Program-made: the position numbers and the translations under genes
Part shown: positions 39,397 through 49,119 of the stretch, piece after piece
How positions within the stretch are numbered: the stretch's first letter is position 1
Layout: every line of letters begins with the position of its first letter
Sequence record: KJ019143.1
Reading direction: 5' to 3' (one strand)
Length of the DNA: 64,000 bases
The notes under the pieces: model-generated
Database searches by the model: none
Seen by the model: only the letters and a program-made list of their open reading frames with translations
Told to the model about the DNA's origin: nothing

Positions 39397-39473
39397 CAAA
39401 CTGGCACACAGGGGGTTGGCAAGACCCCCCAAAACCCCTATACTAAACACATACCAAACAAAGGGAACAACCC

Positions 39474-39725
39474 ATGGCTCAACAAATCAAAATGAGAACA
39501 CGAGTTTATTCTGATGTGACAGTACGAGATCCACAGAAATATTATGATAGTGTGTTTCAGGGTTATAATGAGTACTGGACACTATTAGATTCAGAAGATC
39601 CACAATGTATCTTAGTTGAGACTACAGCACAATATGATCTAAACCCAGAGGGTTTGGATAACTTATACGACTTGATTACTCCTGAAATGTATCAGTCAAC
39701 ATCAAGGACTTATGTGAAAGTATAA
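39474..39725 (+). CDS. Hypothetical protein
   Basis: Single-gene cassette. Confidence 0.68.
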   Translation: MAQQIKMRTRVYSDVTVRDPQKYYDSVFQGYNEYWTLLDSEDPQCILVETTAQYDLNPEGLDNLYDLITPEMYQSTSRTYVKV

Positions 39726-39807
39726 GGTGTGACAGTTGGAGAAGTGGCACACGCTTCCCCGCAAACCACCCCACACCTGCTATACTATATTCATACCAAA
39801 GGAACCA

Positions 39808-39975
39808 ATGTTTAAGTCACAAGTTCAGCGAATCGTCCGCGACACTGTTATTGGTCAGAGTGCTTCACTCACACGCGAAGAGAAGTGGTCCGTGTTCATC
39901 CAAGTCTGTGATGGTCTCTACAGTGACGGTCGCATCACACTCAAGCAACATGAAAGTTGGACATCCCCTTTCTGA
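39808..39975 (+). CDS. Hypothetical protein
   Basis: Single-gene cassette MFKSQVQRIV..KQHESWTSPF. Confidence 0.68.
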   Translation: MFKSQVQRIVRDTVIGQSASLTREEKWSVFIQVCDGLYSDGRITLKQHESWTSPF

Positions 39976-40068
39976 TCACCCTGATGTGACAGTTGGACTA
40001 GTGGCACAAACCCCCTAGGCAAACCCCTCCACACCTGCTATACTATATTCATACCAAAGGAACCCAAC

Positions 40069-40266
40069 ATGGTTATCGACACTGACAACTATTTCACCAC
40101 TGACAACGATCTTCTTCAGGCAGTATCACAATTCATTCTCTCACTGAATAACAAACTTATCAGTCAGAATGAGAACTTCCAGAGAGATACTGGTATCACT
40201 ACTCTTGATAGTTTCAATGAGTGTCTTATCGCTGAATGTGAAGAATACAAGTGTTATGATGTATAA
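40069..40266 (+). CDS. Hypothetical protein
   Basis: First gene of cassette. Confidence 0.65.
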   Translation: MVIDTDNYFTTDNDLLQAVSQFILSLNNKLISQNENFQRDTGITTLDSFNECLIAECEEYKCYDV

Positions 40267-40426
40267 TGAGATTACTTATTCTCTTCTTGTTTGTTACTGG
40301 GTTTCTAGTCCTTAGATTCGGAGTTGTCCCCCATGACAACTACGTATTCGATTGTGACAACATCCCACAAACAACAATCAACACCATCGCCTGTGGTGGT
40401 TAACACTCAACCTCAACTATTTCATC

Positions 40427-40936
40427 ATGACTGATACTAACAAGGCTCAAACAATTGAAGAGCTGAAAGCTGAAGTTTCTGAACTGAAGGCAGCTAGGAA
40501 GGAAGAACTTCTGGCACAGGCAGAACAACGAAAGCAAGATGAGGAACTTCGTTCACTCGAACTTCAGAAACAAGCTCTAGAAAGTGGTTCCCTCCCCTCC
40601 CCCACAGGCACACCCCAGTCACTACAACGTAGGATGACTGATGTTGAAAACGCACGAGTTCGCACCTGGGCATATGCACTAGGAGCTTATTTCACTGGTC
40701 CTATCATGCCAGCTGTGGTGGCTAATCGTACTAAGAATTGGACACCTTTCTGGGCTGGATTGGGTCTTGGTATTGTATCTCTCCCCCTAGCATTTGCTGA
40801 CCTTGGTATCATCTCCTCTGTTCCTGCAGCTGCTTTAGGAACTGTACTTCAGGCTCAGAAATCTAACAAGAAGCGTGAGGAGTTGGGTATTGTTTCCCCT
40901 GAGGAAGCTGACCTCCTCCGGTTCAAACAGTTCTGA
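40427..40936 (+). CDS. Hypothetical membrane protein with N-terminal coiled coil
   Basis: Coiled coil then 2-3 hydrophobic segments. Confidence 0.72.
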   Translation: MTDTNKAQTIEELKAEVSELKAARKEELLAQAEQRKQDEELRSLELQKQALESGSLPSPTGTPQSLQRRMTDVENARVRTWAYALGAYFTGPIMPAVVANRTKNWTPFWAGLGLGIVSLPLAFADLGIISSVPAAALGTVLQAQKSNKKREELGIVSPEEADLLRFKQF

Positions 40937-41033
40937 TTAAGTTACATCTCTGACCTCCTCAGTTTATACTGACGACTAAACCAACCGAGAGCGCTGGTCC
41001 CCTCTCACAACTCACCTTATCTAACTATCTACT

Positions 41034-41579
41034 ATGGCTATTTTCTCCGAAGAGTTCACCAACAGCATCAAGTCTAAAGTTGATTCAGCAAAGAACAAAA
41101 TCTCTAACATTAACATTGGGAAACAGAGTGTCGTTGCTATTGTGGGAGGTACTTTAGTATTCTCAACCCTCGCAGTTGGTGCAGTTGGTGCTACAGTTCG
41201 TCAGGTTGTTGGTTCTAACATTGGCAAAGAATGTAATGTGGCTGTTGGTGACTATGTGAGGTTGGCTGAAGTTCAAGAGACACAACTACTCAAGGCTAAT
41301 GGATATATTCAATCGGTTCTAGAAAACCCTTGGAGCGCCCTAGTCCTTGGTGCTAGGATGTCTGAGATGGCAGACGAGATGAGTGCTCGTTGGGATGAGA
41401 TTGGTGAAGCTGATGACACTTACCTTGAATCATGTGTTCTTGATGGTGACTTCAAGCGTTGGGTATTTGGTGGATATGTTCAAGAGGATCGTGAAGTGAA
41501 GTGGGAAGCTCAAGCTAACCTAGAGGAAACTCGTCAGGTTACAGTTAAACTCTCTGAGCAACTAGATAGCCGGTACTGA
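41034..41579 (+). CDS. Hypothetical membrane-anchored protein
   Basis: One TM; stop abuts element 41580. Confidence 0.72.
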   Translation: MAIFSEEFTNSIKSKVDSAKNKISNINIGKQSVVAIVGGTLVFSTLAVGAVGATVRQVVGSNIGKECNVAVGDYVRLAEVQETQLLKANGYIQSVLENPWSALVLGARMSEMADEMSARWDEIGEADDTYLESCVLDGDFKRWVFGGYVQEDREVKWEAQANLEETRQVTVKLSEQLDSRY

Positions 41580-41663
41580 TGTGACAGTTGAATAAGTGGC
41601 ACAAGGGGGGTTCGCAACCCTCCTTTTTTATGCTATACTATATTCATACCAAAGGAACCACAC

Positions 41664-41915
41664 ATGCCCAACCCTTTCGAGTCACTGACCCCTGAGGAGT
41701 TTTCGTTTCTATCTGACGCCTGTGCCCTCTCTGAGCAGATGTGGAGGGAGCGCTCCCGTTCTATAAAAGCAGGAGAGTCGCGTTGGTTTCTAGATGGTGA
41801 GCCCATGTTCACTGAAGAGGAATGTCGCTCAGAGATGAAACGATACCGTGAGTTACAGAAGCGAGTTTCCTGGTTCTCCCTCACACCAGAAGAGATGGAG
41901 CGTGTGACAGTCTAG
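41664..41915 (+). CDS. Hypothetical protein
   Basis: Single-gene cassette ending ERVTV* in element. Confidence 0.68.
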   Translation: MPNPFESLTPEEFSFLSDACALSEQMWRERSRSIKAGESRWFLDGEPMFTEEECRSEMKRYRELQKRVSWFSLTPEEMERVTV

Positions 41916-41984
41916 AAACTGGCACAAGCCCCCTAGGCAAACCCCTCCTTTTCTGCTATACTATTCACATACAGACAAAACACT

Positions 41985-42890
41985 ATGGCTAAGAATCTCC
42001 ACCTAGAACACCCAGAAGACCAGCTCCTCACTGGTGATGATAGTGTCATCAGTTGGTTCTATGCAACCTCTAGTTCCTCTGTGAAGATGGATGGTAGTCC
42101 TGCAATAGTTTGGGGAACTAACCCAGAAAATGGTGAGTTCTTTGTGGGAACTAAGTCAGTCTTCAATAAGAAGAAGATCAAGATATGTTATACCCAGAAA
42201 GATATTACAACCTTATATGGTCATCAACCTAATGTGGTTGCTATCCTTACCGCCTGTTTGGCATACCTCCCCCGCACTGATGTAGTGTATCAGGGTGACT
42301 TTATTGGGTTTGGTGGTGATGATACCTACACCCCAAATACTGTCACCTATGTGTTCCCTGAGGTTATTCAGGAACGTGTTATCATGGCACCCCATACTTT
42401 CTATGTGGGTGAGAAGATGACTGAGATGGATGCCTTCCCTATCTTATCCACTCTAGATGAATCACGTCATGTTCACTTTGTTCAACCCACTGTAGATATC
42501 TACAACGATAAGGCAAACTGGGAAGAGTTTCAGCGTTGTTATGATGAAGTGAAAGAGGTAGATGGTTTCCTAGGTATCAAGAGAGCCGCAGAGGCAAAGA
42601 TCATCATCAACCAGTTACTTCGTAACAACAAGTATCTCAGTATCCCACTATTGACTGAGATCTTTGGTACTAAAGAGATGGCTATTCTGTACACCTTCGC
42701 ACTACATGAGAAGTTCAGAATCCTTGAGGATGCTATCTACTACGATGGTCCTCAGTGTTTGTTAGATGGTGATGATGTAGAGTCTGAGGGTATTGTTAGA
42801 ACCAATCAGTTTGGTTCTATGAAACTCGTCAATCGTTACATCTTCAGTGTAGCAAACTTCAACAACAGCAAGTTCAGAGAGGTGAAGTAA
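41985..42890 (+). CDS. Protein with ATP-dependent ligase/nucleotidyltransferase-like motifs
   Basis: KMDG (I), QGDF (III-like), EGIV (IV), MKLV (V). Confidence 0.65.
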   Translation: MAKNLHLEHPEDQLLTGDDSVISWFYATSSSSVKMDGSPAIVWGTNPENGEFFVGTKSVFNKKKIKICYTQKDITTLYGHQPNVVAILTACLAYLPRTDVVYQGDFIGFGGDDTYTPNTVTYVFPEVIQERVIMAPHTFYVGEKMTEMDAFPILSTLDESRHVHFVQPTVDIYNDKANWEEFQRCYDEVKEVDGFLGIKRAAEAKIIINQLLRNNKYLSIPLLTEIFGTKEMAILYTFALHEKFRILEDAIYYDGPQCLLDGDDVESEGIVRTNQFGSMKLVNRYIFSVANFNNSKFREVK

Positions 42891-43084
42891 TGATTGACTT
42901 CGATACTCTAACCCACGAAGAACTAGAGAGACTATCTGATGACTGTGAAGACTTTCTTCTTCATAGAAATATACCTCTAAGGTCACATTCCTATGAGAAT
43001 ATCATCAGACATGCTATCTTGGAAGGATACCAACTCTCTCGGTATCCTGGTGTGACACCTCAGAAACTGGCACAAGACCCCTAG
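42890..43084 (+). CDS. Hypothetical protein
   Basis: Reads through element 43051. Confidence 0.6.
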   Translation: MIDFDTLTHEELERLSDDCEDFLLHRNIPLRSHSYENIIRHAILEGYQLSRYPGVTPQKLAQDP

Positions 43085-43134
43085 ACAGGGACCCCAAACC
43101 CTGATATACTACATTCATACCAAACAAACAACCC

Positions 43135-43392
43135 ATGCAACTCACAGCACAACACGCAAACATCGTTGTTGATTTCTACCCTGTAAAGTATTCTGATGGT
43201 ACTATCAGTGAGCGTCTAATGTATAAAACAGTGAAGTTCGTTGGTTCACCCCCATCCAAGTCATATATCAACAAAGAATCCTTCGAAAAGGAAGTTGATT
43301 CCCGTGTTTATGGTTTTGGTTATGAGGTGACTGCTCTACATACAGAGCCACAACTCTTCAACTCTGCACTTGTTCAAACTCGCTGGTCATAA
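43135..43392 (+). CDS. Hypothetical protein
   Basis: First gene of cassette. Confidence 0.7.
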   Translation: MQLTAQHANIVVDFYPVKYSDGTISERLMYKTVKFVGSPPSKSYINKESFEKEVDSRVYGFGYEVTALHTEPQLFNSALVQTRWS

Positions 43393-43394
43393 GT

Positions 43395-43586
43395 ATGAAT
43401 TACACACAACGGTTGTATGAAGCTGAACAACTCTCCACTATGTGTTACCTCCAGGATATTGATCTAATGGATTGTATCATGGAGGTACGTGATTATCTAG
43501 AGTTGGGTTATAATGAAAGTAAAGATATTGCCTCAGGTACATATAAAGTTCTCTCATCAATGAATCCCAATGAGCCTATCAAATGA
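43395..43586 (+). CDS. Hypothetical protein
   Basis: Operon ORF. Confidence 0.58.
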   Translation: MNYTQRLYEAEQLSTMCYLQDIDLMDCIMEVRDYLELGYNESKDIASGTYKVLSSMNPNEPIK

Positions 43587-43941
43587 ATCAATGAAGAAAC
43601 TTGTGGAAAACGTTGGACCTGATGTTTTCCATCTAATTGCTTCTGACCCATACTATACTGAGACCTTTATGAACCTATTACCTGGTGCAATCACTGAGGT
43701 TATTGGTGACACTTCCCCTGAACTTATTGGTGCTTTGGGTATCAGTATCATGAACAGAATTGAGTTTGTTGGTGACGATGATGGTGGTGATAATAAAGCC
43801 GCTAAAGTATGGGAGGAGAGATATAGATCTCTGTTTCGTTATGTCAAAAACACATACGCATCAGAGTATGTTGATGGGGCAGAATATGGTCAGATGGGTA
43901 CAATGTATGGAGATTTTACTAGTACCTCGGAGTTAGACTGA
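43570..43941 (+). CDS. Hypothetical protein
   Basis: Operon ORF, 123 aa. Confidence 0.65.
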   Translation: MSLSNESMKKLVENVGPDVFHLIASDPYYTETFMNLLPGAITEVIGDTSPELIGALGISIMNRIEFVGDDDGGDNKAAKVWEERYRSLFRYVKNTYASEYVDGAEYGQMGTMYGDFTSTSELD

Positions 43942-44144
43942 TGCCATCATTTACACCCTATGGTAGATACCAACTAACATCAGTTCAGGTAGATTTGATC
44001 CTACACTGCATGAGTGAGTATAAAGGACTCACCACACAGGAAGATAACGAGAGGAGAAAGATTGTAGAAGAACTTAGCAACTCTTTTGCTGATACTGACC
44101 CATCAGATCCTTACCTAGATCATTACTATACTTGTGACTATTGA
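43941..44144 (+). CDS. Hypothetical protein
   Basis: Coupled TGATG start. Confidence 0.62.
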   Translation: MPSFTPYGRYQLTSVQVDLILHCMSEYKGLTTQEDNERRKIVEELSNSFADTDPSDPYLDHYYTCDY

Positions 44145-44518
44145 TGAATGAACTCTTTCCTTTTCCTGGTTTCCAGTATAGGCTAGACTATACAGATAAC
44201 GGAACTCCAAAGCTATGTTGGTTTGAATGTGAGGATCATTTAGCCAAACATATATCTAGATACAAACTAACAAAGAAAACTCACAGGGCAAAGATCCAAA
44301 CCCCTCGCGGTGTGAAGTTGGCGAAAGACCCGCTATCCACCAAACCAGCCAGGAAACGGAAAACCACCCCCCAGAAACCCAGTGATACCAAGGGTTCTAA
44401 AGTATCAAAAACACAAAAATCCATAACGAAGGGCAAGAAGGTAGAAACACCCACCCCCTCCCGTAGGAAAGCGAAGAAATCAGTTTTTAGTACCGTGGAG
44501 GACTTCTTTACCAAATGA
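44141..44518 (+). CDS. Hypothetical protein with Lys-rich C-terminus
   Basis: FPFPGFQYRLDY..CWFECEDHLAKHISRYKL. Confidence 0.68.
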   Translation: MMNELFPFPGFQYRLDYTDNGTPKLCWFECEDHLAKHISRYKLTKKTHRAKIQTPRGVKLAKDPLSTKPARKRKTTPQKPSDTKGSKVSKTQKSITKGKKVETPTPSRRKAKKSVFSTVEDFFTK

Positions 44519-44706
44519 TTGTACCTAACGAATCAGAATTGCTTCACCTAAAGATACAAGCAGCAATGAGGGAGAATGCTTTTCCTCACAATCAGTTGAT
44601 GTATCTGGGTGAGAGAGAAGATCAACACTGGTATCTAATAGCAGGAAAACATGAAGTGCCAGTAACAATGTTAGAAGGATTTGAGAGGATTGATGATGAA
44701 GAATGA
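44515..44706 (+). CDS. Hypothetical protein
   Basis: Coupled ORF; HWYLIAGKHEVP. Confidence 0.65.
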   Translation: MIVPNESELLHLKIQAAMRENAFPHNQLMYLGEREDQHWYLIAGKHEVPVTMLEGFERIDDEE

Positions 44707-44844
44707 TAAACTAAAGACATATCACCTAAAGGTAAAGTTTATGGATGAACTAACCTATGGTCAGTTTATTACAGCACCCAGTGAAGAGGAAGCCATGAGA
44801 CTTTTCATTGAGGAGTATATCTACATCGCATCGGAGAGAGACAC

Positions 44845-45036
44845 ATGAACCACAATAAGGTAGCAGAGGCTCTTCATGAAGAAGTAACTGATTATATCTT
44901 TAAGAACCATTATCGCCATATCAAATCAGTTTATACTGATGTTGTTGAGGAATACATAGAGAGGGAAGTGGGTCCTCTAACTGAGAAGAACCACAAACAA
45001 CTAGTTAAACAACTCGTTAAATTCTACATCTCCTGA
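44845..45036 (+). CDS. Hypothetical protein
   Basis: Operon ORF. Confidence 0.6.
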   Translation: MNHNKVAEALHEEVTDYIFKNHYRHIKSVYTDVVEEYIEREVGPLTEKNHKQLVKQLVKFYIS

Positions 45037-45050
45037 TTGAGCTTTTCGTT

Positions 45051-45260
45051 ATGTCTTCACCATCAGCATTCACACCAGCATTAGGTCTAGAAGTTGAATA
45101 CAGGGGATTTGTGGGTTATATCAAGTTTATAGATGAAGAATATTTAACAGTGTGTGTGAAGAAGAAAGAGCACCAAATGTTTGGTGATGTTTGTATGGTT
45201 GTGTATCCAAGTCAGTGGGAACACATTAAACTAATGGGCGGACCTCACAGAGACCGATAG
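45051..45260 (+). CDS. Hypothetical protein (SH3-like beta pattern)
   Basis: GLEVEYRGFVGYIKFIDEEYLTVCV; stop overlaps element 45258. Confidence 0.65.
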   Translation: MSSPSAFTPALGLEVEYRGFVGYIKFIDEEYLTVCVKKKEHQMFGDVCMVVYPSQWEHIKLMGGPHRDR

Positions 45261-45344
45261 GACAGCTGAGGAAGTGGCACAAGGGGGCTAGGCAAGCCCC
45301 CTTTGTCGTGCTATACTATATTCATACCAAAGGGAACCACCCCC

Positions 45345-45491
45345 ATGACTATCAACCTTAAAAGTCTATTCATCACCACTTGTGTGGGTCTCACCCTAAT
45401 ACTAGGGAGCTTCGCTTTTACCAGTGATTATGGTACTGAGACCGGGCGTGGCGAACAGACTGAGAGCCCTTACTACGGACCCGCTTTCTAA
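45345..45491 (+). CDS. Small membrane protein
   Basis: Single-gene cassette, one TM. Confidence 0.6.
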   Translation: MTINLKSLFITTCVGLTLILGSFAFTSDYGTETGRGEQTESPYYGPAF

Positions 45492-45559
45492 AGTGTCACA
45501 AGGGGGGTTGGCAATACCCTCTACACCTGCTATACTAAACACATACCAAACAAAGAACC

Positions 45560-45736
45560 ATGTTCAAACTTCAACTCAAGTGGCAGAAAGAAGGTGAGTG
45601 GATTGATACAGTATACGCTCCTACAGAATACGCAACAGCTTTCTTTCGTTGGAGACAGTACCAAGAGCTTTGGGGTGATACTCACACCTATCGCCTCCTC
45701 GATGTGACACCTCAGGAAGTGGCACAAGCCTCCTAG
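45560..45736 (+). CDS. Small hypothetical protein (58 aa, not in ORF track)
   Basis: Single-gene cassette MFKLQLKWQKEGEW..., reads into element 45703. Confidence 0.6.
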   Translation: MFKLQLKWQKEGEWIDTVYAPTEYATAFFRWRQYQELWGDTHTYRLLDVTPQEVAQAS

Positions 45737-45785
45737 GCAAACCACCCCACACCTGCTATACTAAACACATACCAAACAAAGAACC

Positions 45786-46067
45786 ATGAATTTCAAGTCC
45801 TTCCTCCTTTCCTCACTCATCGTCACCACCGGGCTAGTAGCCTCAGCACCAGGAGCCAAAGCCGCTGAATGTTTCATGGGTGATGGCTATCGGGTTTGTA
45901 TGGAGAGCTTAGGCATGAATCGTTGGGAAGTATCCTTCGAGAACAACCATGGCTCAGAGTTTATGGAGGTTCAGTGTATTGGCAAGAGTGTGAGTGATTG
46001 GACATCACGAGGTGATTTGAGTCAGTCTGAGGCAAACTATCTCGCAGAACAGTTCTGTTCCTGGTAA
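45786..46067 (+). CDS. Exported 4-Cys protein (paralog of 49473-49790)
   Basis: Signal peptide ending AKA; C..GYRVC..G.E..VQC..W.SRG..A..AEQFC. Confidence 0.75.
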   Translation: MNFKSFLLSSLIVTTGLVASAPGAKAAECFMGDGYRVCMESLGMNRWEVSFENNHGSEFMEVQCIGKSVSDWTSRGDLSQSEANYLAEQFCSW

Positions 46068-46100
46068 GATATAACAACTAACCAACTCTACACTATTATC

Positions 46101-46259
46101 ATGTTTGTATCCTTCACTGAAATCCAAGACTACATTCGCGAAGATCAATACACATATAGTGAGCGCCAGTTCCGCTCACGCAAGTATAAAAAGAACGAAC
46201 GTCGTTATCAGCGTCGTCAGAAGCAACAACAAAGAGAACGCAACTACGATAGCGTGTGA
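46101..46259 (+). CDS. Small Arg/Gln-rich protein (52 aa, not in ORF track)
   Basis: MFVSFTEIQDYIRED..RRYQRRQKQQQRERNYDSV*, stop in element 46255. Confidence 0.58.
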   Translation: MFVSFTEIQDYIREDQYTYSERQFRSRKYKKNERRYQRRQKQQQRERNYDSV

Positions 46260-46338
46260 CAGTTGGAGAAGTGGCACACACTTCTCCGCAAACCCCTCAG
46301 GGGGTGCTATACTATATTCATACCAAAGGGAACCACCC

Positions 46339-46563
46339 ATGACCACCACCACTCCAAACCTCTACAACGAAGCTATCCGTCGTTTGGCTGACGGGTTCTC
46401 CTCAGAGTTCGCTGAGTTCTGTGCAGGAGACGAGAGGGTTCACGAGATCATGATGGACCTCGCTAGTGAGTTCGTAGAAACCAATATCCCTGTAGTGAGT
46501 GAGGATAGCCAGCACGACGTGGCTTCTGAGCTCCTCATGAGTATCACAGTCACCAAGGTGTGA
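46339..46563 (+). CDS. Hypothetical protein
   Basis: Single-gene cassette; stop is TGA of element 46559. Confidence 0.7.
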   Translation: MTTTTPNLYNEAIRRLADGFSSEFAEFCAGDERVHEIMMDLASEFVETNIPVVSEDSQHDVASELLMSITVTKV

Positions 46564-46643
46564 CAGTCTAGGAACTGGCACAAGGGGGGTTGGCAACACC
46601 CCCCAAAACCTCTATACTAAACACATACCAAACAACCCAGACC

Positions 46644-47192
46644 ATGAACTTCAAGAAACTCCTCCTTTCCACCCTCGCACTTGGTTCAGTTGTAGCCCCT
46701 TCAGCAAACGCTGGTTATACCTATGAGGGTTACCACTTGATGGATGGTTCTGACTTTCCTGGTTATGAGAGAGTGGCAACCCCAATGATTCAGGCTCTCA
46801 ATGAAATGGGTGTTCCTGTTGTTGATGGTGGTAAGAATAACGTAGAAATGTGTATTCCTGAAGAGGAAAAGATGACTCTTGGTTTCTACGTTCCAGCATC
46901 CAATGTGATGGTTATCTGTACCAAGTCTATCCCAGGTTGGCTTCAGATGGAGACACTTACCCACGAAACAGTTCACGTTATCCAAGACGCAAGAGCTGGT
47001 ATTGATAACGGAGATTTGGGAGAGGCACCAACCGATCACCTTATCACCCTCGCTAATGAGATGGATCCCGATAAGATGAATATCATCTACAGCCTCTACG
47101 ATGAGTCTGATTACGCAGTAGAGATTGAAGCTTTCTACTTTGAAACAGAACCCCAGGTGGTTATGAATGAGATCCAACGTTGGGCATTCTGA
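46644..47192 (+). CDS. Exported zincin-like metallopeptidase
   Basis: Signal peptide MNFKKLLLSTLAL..PSANA; HETVHVIQD HExxH; downstream EIEAF. Confidence 0.75.
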   Translation: MNFKKLLLSTLALGSVVAPSANAGYTYEGYHLMDGSDFPGYERVATPMIQALNEMGVPVVDGGKNNVEMCIPEEEKMTLGFYVPASNVMVICTKSIPGWLQMETLTHETVHVIQDARAGIDNGDLGEAPTDHLITLANEMDPDKMNIIYSLYDESDYAVEIEAFYFETEPQVVMNEIQRWAF

Positions 47193-47234
47193 TACACTAA
47201 GTAACACTCACCAAACACACTAACTAACAACATC

Positions 47235-47621
47235 ATGGGCACACGTTCACGCATCGGTTATCAACTTCCAACTGGCAATATCGTTTCTGTGTATCATCAT
47301 TGGGATTCCTATCCTACGTGGTTGGGTAAGAGACTCACCAAAAACTATATCACTGATAAAACTATCACCGAACTGATTGATGGTGGTGATATGTCATCTA
47401 TCGAGAGTAATCGCGACTGGGATCTTAATGAAGTTGCCCCACATGTTCAGTATTATTCACAACGTGGTGACACTGGATGTGAACCCCTCCTTCACAAAAA
47501 CCAAAGAGAGTTTATCAAAACCACTGTAGATTGTTGGGGTGAGTATTCCTACTTATACAGGAATGGACGTTGGTTCTGTTATGATGAGAAGGGTAAGTCT
47601 GTTTCACTGAAGAACTTATGA
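47235..47621 (+). CDS. Phage hypothetical protein
   Basis: MGTRSRIG..SVYHHWDSYPTWLG..GGDMSSI..EYSYLY..W. Confidence 0.75.
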   Translation: MGTRSRIGYQLPTGNIVSVYHHWDSYPTWLGKRLTKNYITDKTITELIDGGDMSSIESNRDWDLNEVAPHVQYYSQRGDTGCEPLLHKNQREFIKTTVDCWGEYSYLYRNGRWFCYDEKGKSVSLKNL

Positions 47622-47953
47622 TTAGCAAACTGTTTTCACTATCTCTTGTTCTTGCGGGTTCTATCTTACCCGCACAGTCATACCCCAATATCGTATATTG
47701 GGAACGCATTGATTGTAACCTCATCACCGAAACTATCCAGAAGTGTGATAGGTACAATGGGCAGAATGGAGTTTTCATCGAATCATACTACCTGGACATA
47801 TACACAAACGAACATAGCTTTATAGATCCACGAGGACCTGAAATAGTTGTACCTGATGTAATAGAAGAAGAGACACTAGATGATATCCAACCTGATGTAG
47901 AATACAACGAACCGATAACAACAACAGACCCACTCCTGAATGATAGTTACTGA
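47618..47953 (+). CDS. Hypothetical exported protein
   Basis: Signal peptide, acidic tail. Confidence 0.6.
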   Translation: MISKLFSLSLVLAGSILPAQSYPNIVYWERIDCNLITETIQKCDRYNGQNGVFIESYYLDIYTNEHSFIDPRGPEIVVPDVIEEETLDDIQPDVEYNEPITTTDPLLNDSY

Positions 47954-48071
47954 TTTTTCCATATTCCTGTCGGCAACCACCTCCTACCATACCCCCTGCC
48001 AAACCGATATGGATTTTTCACCTTTTCCGTCTAGTGACTCACTGGGTTCTCAGTGGGACCAAAATGAGAAT
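47950..48071. repeat. Non-coding fixed-spacing element, copy B
   Basis: Same four blocks and offsets as 38121-38262. Confidence 0.8.
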
Positions 48072-48191
48072 CCACCCCCATACCCCCAGACAGAGCAAAA
48101 CTCATAACCATGTGACAGTTGGATTAGTGGCACACGAAAGCCCGCAAACCCCTCAGGGGGTGCTATACTAAACCCATACACAACAAAACCA

Positions 48192-48548
48192 ATGATCTAC
48201 TCTATCACTCACCAGGAGACTGGCATTACGTATTCAGTTAGCACTGAAGATATTCGTAAAGTTGCTAACATCCTCCCAATGAACTCTGAGGAGTTGGCTG
48301 ACATGATGACAGGTCTGAATTGTGACTCATATGCAGATATGGCAGAAGAGTATATTGAAGAAGTTGCGGATATGTATGATGATGTGGCACTGGCAACTGA
48401 TAAGTTTATGAGTAGCACTGATGAAAGGGCACAAACAACGTTCGCCTACTATCGTATCATGAACTGTGATAACTCTGATGAAGTGACTACACAATATTGG
48501 CGTGATGACGCTATGGCTATGATCACTGACTACAATGATCGCAAATGA
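48192..48548 (+). CDS. Acidic hypothetical protein
   Basis: First gene of cassette. Confidence 0.68.
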   Translation: MIYSITHQETGITYSVSTEDIRKVANILPMNSEELADMMTGLNCDSYADMAEEYIEEVADMYDDVALATDKFMSSTDERAQTTFAYYRIMNCDNSDEVTTQYWRDDAMAMITDYNDRK

Positions 48549-48856
48549 AACGCTACGGACTTTATTGGCTGAGAGCTATCACCCTAGGTGCTGGTCTAAA
48601 CTTTGTTTTGACTGGTTACCTTATGGGCCACCAAAAGTGGAAGTTTCAACATGCAGCTCCACTCTCAGCGTTTATCTGTGTGAATCTATCGTATGTGGCG
48701 GATCGTCTCATCTTTGGTGATAAGAAGGAACCTGAAGATTTAGATCCAGATACTATTGTTATATCAACCCCACATTGTTGCCCCGTATGTTCAGAGTATC
48801 CTTGCACTTGTGACAGTTGGGAAAGTGGCACAACCCCCCTAGGCAACACCCTCTGA
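48545..48856 (+). CDS. Hypothetical membrane protein
   Basis: Two hydrophobic segments, CCPVCSEYPCTC; reads into element 48809. Confidence 0.58.
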   Translation: MKRYGLYWLRAITLGAGLNFVLTGYLMGHQKWKFQHAAPLSAFICVNLSYVADRLIFGDKKEPEDLDPDTIVISTPHCCPVCSEYPCTCDSWESGTTPLGNTL

Positions 48857-48892
48857 ACCTGCTATACTAAACACATACCAAAGGAACCAACC

Positions 48893-49090
48893 ATGAAAGT
48901 CTCTCAGGAAGTTTTCAAGAGTTACATTCAGATACTGGATGAAAACACACAAACATCATGGGATATCCTAAATGTTTTGAATGATATTGTTAGAGGTGAC
49001 TGGGATAACTCAGTCCAGTATTGTTTGGAAAATCCATCAGGCGACCCTATGGATGATTTCAACTACGCAGGCAGTCGCCACCACTATTGA
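48893..49090 (+). CDS. Hypothetical protein
   Basis: First gene of cassette. Confidence 0.65.
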   Translation: MKVSQEVFKSYIQILDENTQTSWDILNVLNDIVRGDWDNSVQYCLENPSGDPMDDFNYAGSRHHY

Positions 49091-49119
49091 TCACTAACTC
49101 ACCACACTAACTAACAACT

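Noticed and set aside
46701-47207. 168-aa antisense ORF, and similar antisense ORFs such as 49343-49810 and 12944-13498
   Set aside because: Largely shadow better-supported + strand genes; no RBS, promoter or recognisable motif
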